NCBI GenBank assembly: GCA_038245905.1
Contig: JBBRRY010000001.1
Coordinates: 256,001-320,000, forward strand
DNA length: 64,000 nucleotides
Reading direction: 5' to 3'
Source of the DNA: Thermoanaerobaculia bacterium
Lineage (GTDB): Bacteria > Acidobacteriota > Thermoanaerobaculia > UBA5066
Part shown: positions 42,086 through 51,773 of the stretch, piece after piece
How the letters are laid out: each line of letters starts with the position of its first letter
Numbering within the stretch: the stretch's first letter is position 1
Translations under genes and position numbers: made by a program
Notes under the pieces: model-generated
What the model was told of the DNA's origin: nothing
The model's database searches: none
Seen by the model: the letters and a program-made list of their open reading frames with translations, nothing else

Positions 42086-45000
42086 GTGACCCCGACTGTC
42101 GAACGCAACCGGCTCCTTCAGGAGCTCGCCGCGTTCTGCGAGGCTCACCCCGTAGACGAGAAGATCCTCCTCGTCCCGTCCTTCCCGGTTGGCCAGCAGA
42201 TCCTCGACTCGCTCGCGCGCTCCGGCTGCGCCCACCTGAATCTCCGGCCCGCGACCGTCTTCTCGCTGGCGCACGGGATCGCGGGTCCGTCGCTCGCGGC
42301 GGAAGGCAAGCGCCTCCTCTCGCGCGCGCAGCTCCTCTCCGTGGTGGAGTCGGCCTGCGACGAGGTCCTGAAGGAAGGTTCTTATTTCGGGAAGCTCCGC
42401 GAGCGCGTGGGCCTCCACCGCGCACTCCAGCGCACGCTCGACGAGCTGCGGCGGGCGGGGCTCGGCGCGGCGCCGCTGCCCGTGTCCGCTTTCGAGGAGC
42501 CGCGAAAGGGCCGCGAGCTCGCCGCGCTCGCCCGGGCGTACGCAAAGGCGCTCGCCGCGCTGGGTGCGGCGGACTCTGCGGATGTGCTGCACAGGGCCGT
42601 CTCGCTTTGCGCGGCCGGATCTCGTCTCTCGGAGTCCGCGCACCTGCTCCGCCCCTCGGGCCTCGAGCCCGCCACGCTCGAAGAAACGTTTCTCGCCGCC
42701 TTCGCCCGGCAGATCGTGACGCTCGTCGAGGATTCTCCGGAATATGGAGCGCAGTCCGTGGACGTGATGTTCACGCAGGCGCTCGGCGAGGAAAACGAGG
42801 TGCGCGCCGTATTCCGGATGCTCGCAGCGGGAATTTGCGTGGCCGATTCCGTCGAGATCGTCTTCGAGGACGACGCCACCTACCGGCCGCTCGTCTACGA
42901 GCTCGCCTCGCAGTACGGCGTCCCGTGCACGTTTGCCGAGGGCATTCCGGTCGCCTACACGCTCCCGGGGCAGGGGATCCTCGACCTTCTCGACTGGGTC
43001 GCGACCGACTTCGCGTCCGCGCCGATCGAACGGCTCCTCGCCGAGGGTCGTGCCGACCTGCGTTCTTTCACGCCGAAGGGCACGCGGCCGTCGGGCCTTC
43101 GCGCGGCCCGCCTGCTCAGGCGCGCGCGGATATTCTCGGGAGCATCGCGATGGGCGCCGCGCCTCGATGCGCTCGCCGCGCGTGAGAACGCTGCTCCCGA
43201 AGGCGACGACGCGGACGGTCTCGCCGAGAGGGCGCGGCTCGAAAGGCACGGGACGGCCATCACGCTGCGGGACTTCGCGGCGAGTCTTTTCACGCTCGTT
43301 CCGCCACCCTCACGCGGACGGATCTCCCTGCCCGCTCTCGCGCGAGCGTGTCACGCGCTGACGGGGACGCTGCTGCGTCGACGCGGCCCTCTCGACGCGG
43401 CAGCGGTGGAGGCTCTCACCGGCCTCTTCGCAGAGCTCGGCGACCTGCCGGAACGCACGCTTCCGCCGCGCGAAGCGGCCGACCGCCTGAAGGAAGCCGT
43501 TCGCAGTCTCGCTGTCGATTCCTCCACTCCGTTCCCGGGGTGCGTTCATGTTTCCCGCCTGCGGCGAGGCGGCTACGCCGCCCGCGCGCGGACCTTCGTG
43601 CTCGGACTCGACGAGGCACGCTTTCCGGGGCCTCCGCGGCAGGATCCCGTCCTCCTGGACTCGGAGAGAAGGGCCTTGAACGACGCTCTGCCCGCCGCTC
43701 ACCTGACGATCCGCGGCGTCCGCGGCCCCGACGAAAGCCGGCGCGCGCTCCGCGCGGCCCTGGCGCGGGGACGCGGCCACGTATTCCTGAGTTTTTCGAA
43801 CCGCGACTTTCTTCGGGACGCCGAGCGCTTCCCGTCGCCCGTGCTTCTCGACCTCTTCCGCGAGTGCGAACGCCGGCCCGATGCGTCCTGGAGTGATTTC
43901 ACGACCTCCCTGCCGCCTTCGGAGACGTTCGTTCCCTCCGGCAAGCCCCTCGACGGCTCGGAGTGGTGGCTCGCGCGTGTTCGCGAGACGCCCGGCGCGC
44001 GGGGCCTCGCGGACGAGGTGGACTCCGCCTACTCATGGCTCGCCGCCGGCACGCGTGCGGAAGGAAAAAGATCCGGCCCGCTCTTCACGGCATGGGACGG
44101 TGCGATCCGTGCGGACGCGTCGGCGCTCGACCCGCGCCTGACGAAAGAGCCTCTCTCGGCGTCGCGCCTCGAAAAGCTCGGCCAGTGTCCGCGAAGGTTT
44201 TTTCTTCAATACGTCCTCGAGCTCACTCCGCCGGAAGAGCCCCGCGCCGAAGACGTGTGGCTGAGTGCGAGTGAGTACGGGAATCTCCTTCACCAGACGC
44301 TCTACGACTTCATGTCGGGCCTGCGCGACGAGGGACTGCGCCTCGACCCCGTTCGCGACACCGCGACGCTGAAGGCCGCCGCCGGGAGACGCCTCGGGCG
44401 CTGGCGCGAGATCGTCCCACCGCCGACGCCCGCGGCCTACCGCGCGCAGGAAGACGATCTTCTCGCGGCGTGCGACATCTTCCTGAAATCCGAGGCGGAG
44501 AACCCCGGCGCGCGCCCGCTCTATTTCGAAGTGCCGTTCGGGTTGTCACGCGGCAGTGCGTCCGAGCCTCTCGCCTCGCGCGAGCCCGTCGAGATCCGCA
44601 CGAAGCGCGGCTCGTTCCTGCTGCAGGGACAGATCGACCGCATCGACGAGACCGGACCCGGCCGCTACGCCGTCTGGGACTACAAGTCCGGCAGCGACTG
44701 GGCGTTCAAGGAGGACGACCGGCGCAGGCACCCGCTCCGCGGCGGGCGGCTCCTTCAGCACGCGCTCTACCGGCGCGCTGCGGCGACCCTTCTCGCGCGC
44801 GCGGGAACGTCCGCCGAGGAGATCGTCTCCGGATACTTCCTCCCGACGCGAAAGGGCCGCATGCAGCGCTTCCCGCTGGAAGCCCGCGACGAGGACGTGG
44901 ACAGGACGCTGGACGATCTCTTCGACCTCGTGGCATCCGGAGCCTTCCCACACACGGCCGACGAGGGTGACTGCCGCTTCTGCCCCTACACATCCATTTG

Positions 45001-45106
45001 CGGCGACGTCGCCGAGGCGGCCGCGCGCGCCGCCCTTAAACGCGACGCCGCAGGCTCCGACGCTCGACTCGAGCCTTTGCGCCGGATTCTGACGAGGGAC
45101 GTGTGA
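42086..45106 (+). CDS. addB: AddB-like helicase-nuclease subunit (inactive helicase plus PD-(D/E)xK nuclease with Fe-S staple)
   Basis: SASRLEKLGQCP, GQIDRID...DYKSG, Q..LY, CRFCPYTSIC (4 Cys). Confidence 0.8.
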   Translation: MTPTVERNRLLQELAAFCEAHPVDEKILLVPSFPVGQQILDSLARSGCAHLNLRPATVFSLAHGIAGPSLAAEGKRLLSRAQLLSVVESACDEVLKEGSYFGKLRERVGLHRALQRTLDELRRAGLGAAPLPVSAFEEPRKGRELAALARAYAKALAALGAADSADVLHRAVSLCAAGSRLSESAHLLRPSGLEPATLEETFLAAFARQIVTLVEDSPEYGAQSVDVMFTQALGEENEVRAVFRMLAAGICVADSVEIVFEDDATYRPLVYELASQYGVPCTFAEGIPVAYTLPGQGILDLLDWVATDFASAPIERLLAEGRADLRSFTPKGTRPSGLRAARLLRRARIFSGASRWAPRLDALAARENAAPEGDDADGLAERARLERHGTAITLRDFAASLFTLVPPPSRGRISLPALARACHALTGTLLRRRGPLDAAAVEALTGLFAELGDLPERTLPPREAADRLKEAVRSLAVDSSTPFPGCVHVSRLRRGGYAARARTFVLGLDEARFPGPPRQDPVLLDSERRALNDALPAAHLTIRGVRGPDESRRALRAALARGRGHVFLSFSNRDFLRDAERFPSPVLLDLFRECERRPDASWSDFTTSLPPSETFVPSGKPLDGSEWWLARVRETPGARGLADEVDSAYSWLAAGTRAEGKRSGPLFTAWDGAIRADASALDPRLTKEPLSASRLEKLGQCPRRFFLQYVLELTPPEEPRAEDVWLSASEYGNLLHQTLYDFMSGLRDEGLRLDPVRDTATLKAAAGRRLGRWREIVPPPTPAAYRAQEDDLLAACDIFLKSEAENPGARPLYFEVPFGLSRGSASEPLASREPVEIRTKRGSFLLQGQIDRIDETGPGRYAVWDYKSGSDWAFKEDDRRRHPLRGGRLLQHALYRRAAATLLARAGTSAEEIVSGYFLPTRKGRMQRFPLEARDEDVDRTLDDLFDLVASGAFPHTADEGDCRFCPYTSICGDVAEAAARAALKRDAAGSDARLEPLRRILTRDV

Positions 45107-48100
45107 CGCCGAAGCGCTCGGACCTGGCGCCGGACGCGGCCGCGCGCGATCTGGTTCGCACGTCGCTCGATACGACGCTTCTCGTGGAGGCCGGGGCGGG
45201 CTCCGGCAAGACGACGATGCTCGTGGAACGCATCCTGGCGCTCCTCCTGAGCGGAACCGCGGAGCCGGAGAACATCGCGGCCGTGACCTTCACGCGAAAG
45301 GCGGCGTCGAACCTCAGGCGCCGGTTCCAGACGGCCCTGGAGGAGGCCGCTCGCCTCGAGCCAAACCCGGAGCGCCGCGCGCGTGCCGCGTCGGCGCTCT
45401 CCGCCCTCGACCGCGTCACCGTCGGCACGATCGACTCCTTCTGCGCGACGCTCCTTGGCGAGCGCCCTCTCGAGGCGGGCGTCGATCCTGCCGCGCTCAG
45501 GGTCGAGCTTCAGGAGGCGAAGGAATTCCGCGCGCGGTTCTTTCGCGAGTACGCGGGGCGTGCCGCGGAATCGGGCGGGCTCCTGACCGACCTCCTCCGG
45601 CTCGGCGTCCGGATGCGGGAGCTCGAGGAGACGTTCGATCTCCTTGCCGAGTATCGCGACGTCACCGTGGTCAAGGCGGATCCGCTTCCCCTGCCCGACT
45701 TCGTGATGGAACGCGCCGTGGTCGAGGACTATCTCGATCGGACGTTGCCCTGGGTGCCTCCGGTGCCGCTCGCGGCCGGGCGGGACGACCTGCAGAACGC
45801 TCTCATCAAGGCCCGTGAAGCCCGCGAGCTCCCCGAGTATCAGACGCCGGTCGGCTTCACGCGGCTCCTCGTCGAGCTGCGCAAGGCGACGAAGGGAACT
45901 CACTACAAGTGGGGCGACTCGGCGCTCGGAAAAAGGGTGAGCGACGAGTTCGTGATCCTGCGACGCGACGTCATCAAGCCCGCACTCACCGAGTGGCAGG
46001 TCGCGCTGCACGAACGGATGATGGGCGTGCTCGAACCGGGCCTTCAGGAGCTCGCGCAGGCCCTTCCCCGCGAGGGACGCTACACATATGCCGACCTCCT
46101 TCTCGCCACGCGCGATCTCCTCCGCGACTTCCCCGCCGTGCGTCGCGCGTTCTCGGCGCGCTTCACGCGAATCCTCGTGGACGAGTTCCAGGACACCGAC
46201 CCGCTCCAGGCGGAGGTCCTCCTCTATCTTTCGAGCGACGATTCGGAAGAGAAAGACACGTCCCGTCTGATCCCGAGGCCTGGCGCTCTCTTCGTCGTGG
46301 GAGACCCGAAACAATCGATCTACCGCTTCCGCCGCGCCGACATCTCCGCCTACATGGACTTTCGCCGGCGCATCACGGCCGCGGGCGGTCGCGTGGTTCT
46401 CCTGACGGCGAACTTTCGCTCCGTGCCGGCGCTGACCGCCGCTGTGAACGCCGCGTTCCGGCCGCCCGTCTTTCCGAACGTGCCCGACGATCGCCAGGCC
46501 GCCTATGCCGAGCTGATGCCGGCGCGGGCCGACGCTCGACCGACTTCAGGCGTGTTTCATCTGATCTCCCGCCCGGGCGCTGACGAAGGCTCGGAAGGAG
46601 GCAACGCCGTCGACGTCGCGCGGTTCGTGCGCTGGGCCGTGGACGCGGAATGGAAGATCTCGCCGGACGGGAAGGAGCAACCCGCTCGTTTCCGCGACTT
46701 TCTCATCCTGACTCGGGCGCGCGAGCATATCGACGAGTACGCGCGCGCGATGGAAGACCTCGGCATTCCGGTGGACGTTTCGGGGAGCCGCGCTCTCCCG
46801 ATCTCGCGCGGTCTTGCAGTTCTGCGTCCCCTCCTTGCTGCGGCGCAGGACCCGGACGACTCCGTCGCGATCGTGGCGTTCCTTGCGGGCCCTCTGTGTG
46901 GCGTCGACGACGACGCCCTCTACGCTTTCCGCAGGGCGGGCGGCCGCTTCTCGTACCTCGCGCCGCCGCCTTCGGGCTCCGATCCGCGCATCCTTCAGGG
47001 CCTCGATCTCCTTTCCAGAGCCCGCACCGATGTTCGCGCGCTGCCCGCAGGCGCCGCCCTCGGCTCGATCGCAGACCGGATGGGCCTCGTCGCGCGGCTC
47101 GCGGCCGGGCGCCAGGGCCGAACGGCGAGCGGGAATCTCCTCAAGGTGCTCGCCCTCGCGCGCCGCCTCTCGGGCAACGGCCTGTCCTTCGGAGACGTCG
47201 TGGCGAGGCTCGCGGAGGACGCTCCCGACCTCGACCTCGAGGAAATGAGCGTCGAGCCTGTCGACGGGGACTCCGTTCGCCTCATGAACCTCCACCGCGC
47301 CAAGGGGCTCGAGGCGCCGATCGTCATCCTCGCCGAGCTGTCGAACTGGAGGAAGGCCGACCCGCGGCGGCACGTCGCACGCGGAGTCTCCGGATCGCGC
47401 GGCTGGTTCACGGCCGGGTACAACGCGCTCCTGCCCGGACGACAGAACGTCTGGATGGTCACGGCCGCACCCCGTGACTGGGACAGCCGGAAGGCCGAGG
47501 AAATCGCGTTCGAGAACGCGGAGAAGACCCGTCTCCTCTATGTCGCGGCCACACGCGCGCGCGACACGCTCGTGGTCAGCCTGCGCGGCGTGAAGCCGGA
47601 GCTGGGAGCCTGGGGTGCGCTCCGAGGAATCACGAGGGAGCTGCCGCACGCGGTGGCGGACTTCCGTCCGTCCGCACCTTCTAAGGCGCCGGGGCTCGCG
47701 GCGGCTTTCAAGGAGGTCCCGTCCCGTGTCGCCGCCGCCCGCGCCGCAGCCTCGGCGCCGTCCTTCGGCGTCACGACCGTCACCGCTCTCGCGAAGAAGG
47801 AAGGTCCCCGCGCGCCTTCGCCCGCCGAGGAGGCGCGTGGCTCGGCGTGGGGACGCGTGCTTCACCAGATTCTCGAGGCGGCGATGCGGACGTCGGGCCT
47901 CGACCTCGAGCCCCTCGCGACGAACCTGATGAGAGACGAGGAAGTCGCGCCGGACCGCCTCGACGACGTGCTGCGCGTCGCGGCGTCGGTCACGGAGTCC
48001 GATCTCTGGGCGCGCGCCTTGAAATCGCCGAAGCGCTTCGTCGAGGTGCCGTTCGAGATGGTCGTGCCGTCGAAGGACCTCGGCCGGACCGACGGCCCCG

Positions 48101-48405
48101 CCGAGACGCTCCTCAAGGGCACGATGGACCTCGTCTTCGAGGAGGACGGCGTCTGGTACATCGTCGACTGGAAGTCCGACGTCGTCGGCGACGGCCTCGC
48201 GGGCCTCGTCGCGCACTACGCGCCGCAGGTTCGGCACTATCGGCGCGCCTGGGAGCGCCTCACCGGGCAGAGGGCCAAGGCCGGACTCTTCTTCATGGAC
48301 ACGGGGCACCTCGAGTGGCTGGTCGAAGAAGGAAAAGGAGAAGAGGAGACTTCTTTGAAGGTGAAGAGGGACGGGCCCCGGCAAGGCTCGCTGTTCGGCG
48401 AATGA
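45103..48405 (+). CDS. addA: AddA-like UvrD helicase-nuclease
   Basis: AGAGSGKT, TFTRKAA, VDEFQDTD, VGDPKQSIYRFR, HRAKGLE, YVAATRARD, GTMDLV...DWKS. Confidence 0.88.
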   Translation: MTPKRSDLAPDAAARDLVRTSLDTTLLVEAGAGSGKTTMLVERILALLLSGTAEPENIAAVTFTRKAASNLRRRFQTALEEAARLEPNPERRARAASALSALDRVTVGTIDSFCATLLGERPLEAGVDPAALRVELQEAKEFRARFFREYAGRAAESGGLLTDLLRLGVRMRELEETFDLLAEYRDVTVVKADPLPLPDFVMERAVVEDYLDRTLPWVPPVPLAAGRDDLQNALIKAREARELPEYQTPVGFTRLLVELRKATKGTHYKWGDSALGKRVSDEFVILRRDVIKPALTEWQVALHERMMGVLEPGLQELAQALPREGRYTYADLLLATRDLLRDFPAVRRAFSARFTRILVDEFQDTDPLQAEVLLYLSSDDSEEKDTSRLIPRPGALFVVGDPKQSIYRFRRADISAYMDFRRRITAAGGRVVLLTANFRSVPALTAAVNAAFRPPVFPNVPDDRQAAYAELMPARADARPTSGVFHLISRPGADEGSEGGNAVDVARFVRWAVDAEWKISPDGKEQPARFRDFLILTRAREHIDEYARAMEDLGIPVDVSGSRALPISRGLAVLRPLLAAAQDPDDSVAIVAFLAGPLCGVDDDALYAFRRAGGRFSYLAPPPSGSDPRILQGLDLLSRARTDVRALPAGAALGSIADRMGLVARLAAGRQGRTASGNLLKVLALARRLSGNGLSFGDVVARLAEDAPDLDLEEMSVEPVDGDSVRLMNLHRAKGLEAPIVILAELSNWRKADPRRHVARGVSGSRGWFTAGYNALLPGRQNVWMVTAAPRDWDSRKAEEIAFENAEKTRLLYVAATRARDTLVVSLRGVKPELGAWGALRGITRELPHAVADFRPSAPSKAPGLAAAFKEVPSRVAAARAAASAPSFGVTTVTALAKKEGPRAPSPAEEARGSAWGRVLHQILEAAMRTSGLDLEPLATNLMRDEEVAPDRLDDVLRVAASVTESDLWARALKSPKRFVEVPFEMVVPSKDLGRTDGPAETLLKGTMDLVFEEDGVWYIVDWKSDVVGDGLAGLVAHYAPQVRHYRRAWERLTGQRAKAGLFFMDTGHLEWLVEEGKGEEETSLKVKRDGPRQGSLFGE

Positions 48406-48794
48406 GAAGGGCCACCGTTCTCGCCGTGATTCTCGCGGCCGGCTGCGCGTCGTCCGACTGGGCGAAGACCGAGAGCGTGCCGGGCGGCAAGCTCTACCTC
48501 CCAAAGCTCTACGCTCCGCTCCTCCCCGGCTCGATCTATCCAGACAGGAAGACGCCCCTACCGCCGAAGGGCCGCCCGGCGATCGTCGTCGTCTGCCCGG
48601 CGAAAGGCGACTGCCGGAAGAGAGAGATCCTCGATCAGGCGGCGCAACGTGGCCTCGTCGTCCTCGTCACCCGGAGAGCCGACGCCGCAATTGCCGCCCG
48701 GCCCGAGGTGGATGTCGCGCGGACCGGGATTCTCATCGTAGCCGCCGCTTCGCTGAAGGCTGAGCCCTCTCCCTCTTCCCCTTGTAAGAAAATC
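48348..48794. repeat. Dispersed motif cluster H (divergent pair)
   Basis: ACCTTCAAAGAAGTC(-) 48348-48362 and CCTTGTAAGAAAATC(+) 48780-48794. Confidence 0.7.
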
Positions 48795-48944
48795 TTCCTT
48801 GCTGCCCTGCTCGACAGAGAACCGCCGGAGGCCAGCGACGCGACGGCTCTCAGGCTCTATTCTCCGAACAAAAAGGGCCTTCTTCCGAACGAAGCGTTTC
48901 GCGACGCCGTCGAGTGGCTTGCAGGTGAGCTCGATGCTCGCTGA
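48402..48944 (+). CDS. Hypothetical lipoprotein
   Basis: ATGA coupling to addA; lipobox LAAGC. Confidence 0.6.
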   Translation: MRRATVLAVILAAGCASSDWAKTESVPGGKLYLPKLYAPLLPGSIYPDRKTPLPPKGRPAIVVVCPAKGDCRKREILDQAAQRGLVVLVTRRADAAIAARPEVDVARTGILIVAAASLKAEPSPSSPCKKIFLAALLDREPPEASDATALRLYSPNKKGLLPNEAFRDAVEWLAGELDAR

Positions 48945-48974
48945 GACGTGCTCTCGGCGCTAGAATTCGCGCCA

Positions 48975-51773
48975 ATGAAGACCCGGAACGAGGGCGCGGT
49001 TCGCGCGAAGGGCGTCCTTCACCCGTGGCAGAGGCGTCTCTACGTGTTGCTGCTCGTGCCTCTCGGGCTGATGGCGGCGAACTCGATCTATCTCGTCGCC
49101 TTCACGAAGTACTCCTCGTTCTTCATGGCGATGCTGCTCATGCACCTGGTGCTGGGCCTCCTCATCGCGATTCCGTTCCTCGTCTTCGCCTTCACGCACG
49201 GGGCGCGGATGCTGGCAAACATCCGGAACCGGAAGGCGAAGGCCGCGGGAATCACGATCGTCTGCCTGGCGCTCCTGTGTATCGGCTCAGGGATCACGAT
49301 GGCGTGGAAGGGCGCGACGCTTACGAATCGCCCGATCTATTTCGCGCACGTCTTGGCGATCCCGGTCGCCCTCGTCGCGTTCATCCTCCACCGCCGCGCG
49401 GCCGTCCACAAGCTGCACCTCCGGCGCCTCTTCCAGTGGGGCGGCGCGGTGGCCGCGTTTCTCGCCGGCATGGCGGTGCTCCACAAGCTGGAGAAGCCGC
49501 CGCAGCGCATCGTGAACCGGGAAGGCGACACGCAGTTCTTCCTCTCGTCCGCCGAGACGTTCGATCAGGGCCTTCTGGACGGGAAGAAGCTCGCCGCGAA
49601 CACATACTGCCAGGACTGCCACCCCGACTCCTTCAAGCGCTGGGAGAAGTCCGCCCACCGCTTCTCGTCTTTCAACAACCCGTTCTACCGCCGCTCCGTC
49701 GAGCTGATGGCCGACCGCGTGGGCCGCGAGAAGACGAAGTGGTGCGCCGGCTGCCACGACCCCGTCGTCCTGTTCACCGGCCAGATGGGAAAGGCCACGA
49801 TGGCCTCGTTCTCGTACGACCAGTTCGAGGCGCAGCAGGGGCTGACGTGCATGGCTTGCCACTCGATCGCCGAGGTCAAGGATGTCCGCGGGAACGGCGG
49901 GTACGTGGTGGAGGAGAGCAAGCAGTACCCCTTTGCCTTTGCGGACAGCAAGGTCCTGAAAGAGGTCAACAAGCTCCTCATCCGCATGGAGCCGTCGCTC
50001 CATCGGCAGACGTTCATGAAACCGTTCATGCGCACGCCCGAGTTCTGCGCGACGTGCCACAAGGTCAGCCTCCTTCCGCCGATGAACGAGTACCGCTGGC
50101 TGCGCGGCCAGAACCATTTCGATTCGTGGCAGGACTCGGGCGTGTCCGGCTACGCCGTGCGCTCCTTCTACGACCCGCTGAAGGCGAAGGCCTGCCGCGA
50201 CTGCCACCTGCCGCTCATGCCCTCCCAGGAATTCGGGAACCAGGCTGGCATGCTCCACGACCACCTCTTCCCCGCCGCGAACACGGCCCTTCCCGCGATA
50301 AGGGGAGACAAGGAAACCGTCGAAGAGATTCGTAGAAAGGTATTGGTCGGATCGCTTTCCATCGATGTCTTCGGTTTGAAGCGAGGCAACGAGGTCGTTC
50401 CGCTTGGGCCGGCTCTGCCCTCACTTCGCCCCGGGGAGATGGTGGACGTCGAAGTCGTCGTGAGGACGCGCACGCTCGGGCACCCCTATACGAACGGCAC
50501 GGCCGACAGTAACGAGTCCTGGGTCGAGTTTCACGCGAAGAACGGCGAGCGGAGCCTCATGGAGTCCGGCACGCTCGACGCCGCGAGGCGGCTCGATCCG
50601 GCATCCAGCAAGCTGAATCAGCTCGTGATCGCCCACGACGGGACGCCGATGGACCGCCGCCAGCCGCAGGACATTCACGTCCCGCTCTACAACAACGCGA
50701 TCGGACCCGGCGCCGCGCGCGTCGTCCACTACCGCTTCAAGGTGCCGACCGACGCGAAGGGATCCGTGACGCTTTCGGCATCGGCGAACTACCGCAAGTT
50801 CTCGCGCGACTACTCGATCTTCGTCCACGGCAAGGACGCGATCGACCTTCCCGTCACGCGCATCTCGACGGACTCGGTCACGCTCCCTGTCGCGCCGGCT
50901 CCCGAAGGGACTCTCGCGGCCGACGTGAAGCGCGGAAACCCCGACTGGCCCGAGAAGGGCTGGATCCGCTGGAACGACTACGGCATCGGGCTTCTCCTGC
51001 AGGGAGACCTCAGGGGCGCATCCCAGGCCTTCGCGAAAGTTGCGGAGCTCGCGAAAGACAAGCCGGATGGTCCGCTGAACCTTGCCCGCGCGAAAATCCA
51101 GGAAGGCGACCTGCCCGCCGCGAAAGCCGCGCTCGCCGAAGCCGAGACGCGCCGCCCGGGATGGCCGAAGACGGCCTACTTCCGATCTCTCGCTTCCAAG
51201 GAAGAGGGCCGTCTCGACGACGCCCTCGCGGACCTCGAACACGTGGACCAGAAGTTCCCGAAGGACCGTGTCGTCCTGAACCAGAGGGCGCGCGTCCTCT
51301 ATCTCGCGGGCCGTTACGCCGACGCTCTCCCCTTCATCGACCGTGTCCTCGCGATCGACGGCGAGGACCTGGCCGCTCACTACAACGCGATGCTCTGCCT
51401 CAGGGCCCTCGGCCGCGCCACCGAAGCCGCCGCCGAGGAGAAGTGGTACCGCTACTTCAAGGACGACGAGTCGTCACGGGCCGTTCTCGCCGACTACCGA
51501 AGAACGCATCCGTTCGACAACCGCGAATCCCTCCCGGTGCACGTCCACGACGAGCCTCTTCCGGCGAAGGCCGGGGAGCCGTCCTGGATCGCGGAGATCG
51601 GACCGAAAGGCTACGAGTACAAGGGCTACGCGCCGAAGAACGAGATGGTCCTGAAGGACGATCGGCCCGTCGGCGCCCCGCGCCCGTTCGCGCGCCCGGA
51701 GACGCCGAAAACGGCGACGGGAAAGAAGGCCGCGGGGTCGGTTCCCGTCGCCGTCATCCAGATTCCCGAGTGA
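48975..51773 (+). CDS. Membrane-anchored pentaheme c-type cytochrome fused to TPR repeats
   Basis: About 5 N-terminal TM helices; CQDCH, CAGCH, CMACH, CATCH, CRDCH; C-terminal TPRs after WNDYGIGLL. Confidence 0.85.
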   Translation: MKTRNEGAVRAKGVLHPWQRRLYVLLLVPLGLMAANSIYLVAFTKYSSFFMAMLLMHLVLGLLIAIPFLVFAFTHGARMLANIRNRKAKAAGITIVCLALLCIGSGITMAWKGATLTNRPIYFAHVLAIPVALVAFILHRRAAVHKLHLRRLFQWGGAVAAFLAGMAVLHKLEKPPQRIVNREGDTQFFLSSAETFDQGLLDGKKLAANTYCQDCHPDSFKRWEKSAHRFSSFNNPFYRRSVELMADRVGREKTKWCAGCHDPVVLFTGQMGKATMASFSYDQFEAQQGLTCMACHSIAEVKDVRGNGGYVVEESKQYPFAFADSKVLKEVNKLLIRMEPSLHRQTFMKPFMRTPEFCATCHKVSLLPPMNEYRWLRGQNHFDSWQDSGVSGYAVRSFYDPLKAKACRDCHLPLMPSQEFGNQAGMLHDHLFPAANTALPAIRGDKETVEEIRRKVLVGSLSIDVFGLKRGNEVVPLGPALPSLRPGEMVDVEVVVRTRTLGHPYTNGTADSNESWVEFHAKNGERSLMESGTLDAARRLDPASSKLNQLVIAHDGTPMDRRQPQDIHVPLYNNAIGPGAARVVHYRFKVPTDAKGSVTLSASANYRKFSRDYSIFVHGKDAIDLPVTRISTDSVTLPVAPAPEGTLAADVKRGNPDWPEKGWIRWNDYGIGLLLQGDLRGASQAFAKVAELAKDKPDGPLNLARAKIQEGDLPAAKAALAEAETRRPGWPKTAYFRSLASKEEGRLDDALADLEHVDQKFPKDRVVLNQRARVLYLAGRYADALPFIDRVLAIDGEDLAAHYNAMLCLRALGRATEAAAEEKWYRYFKDDESSRAVLADYRRTHPFDNRESLPVHVHDEPLPAKAGEPSWIAEIGPKGYEYKGYAPKNEMVLKDDRPVGAPRPFARPETPKTATGKKAAGSVPVAVIQIPE
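50327..50341 (-). repeat. Dispersed motif single variant copy I
   Basis: ACCTTTCTACGAATC on minus, within an AT-shifted codon patch (EEIRRKV). Confidence 0.6.

Noticed and set aside
42086-48405. Helicase-nuclease pair as a novel defence system
   Set aside because: Architecture, gene order and the 4-Cys staple match housekeeping AddAB-type recombination enzymes.
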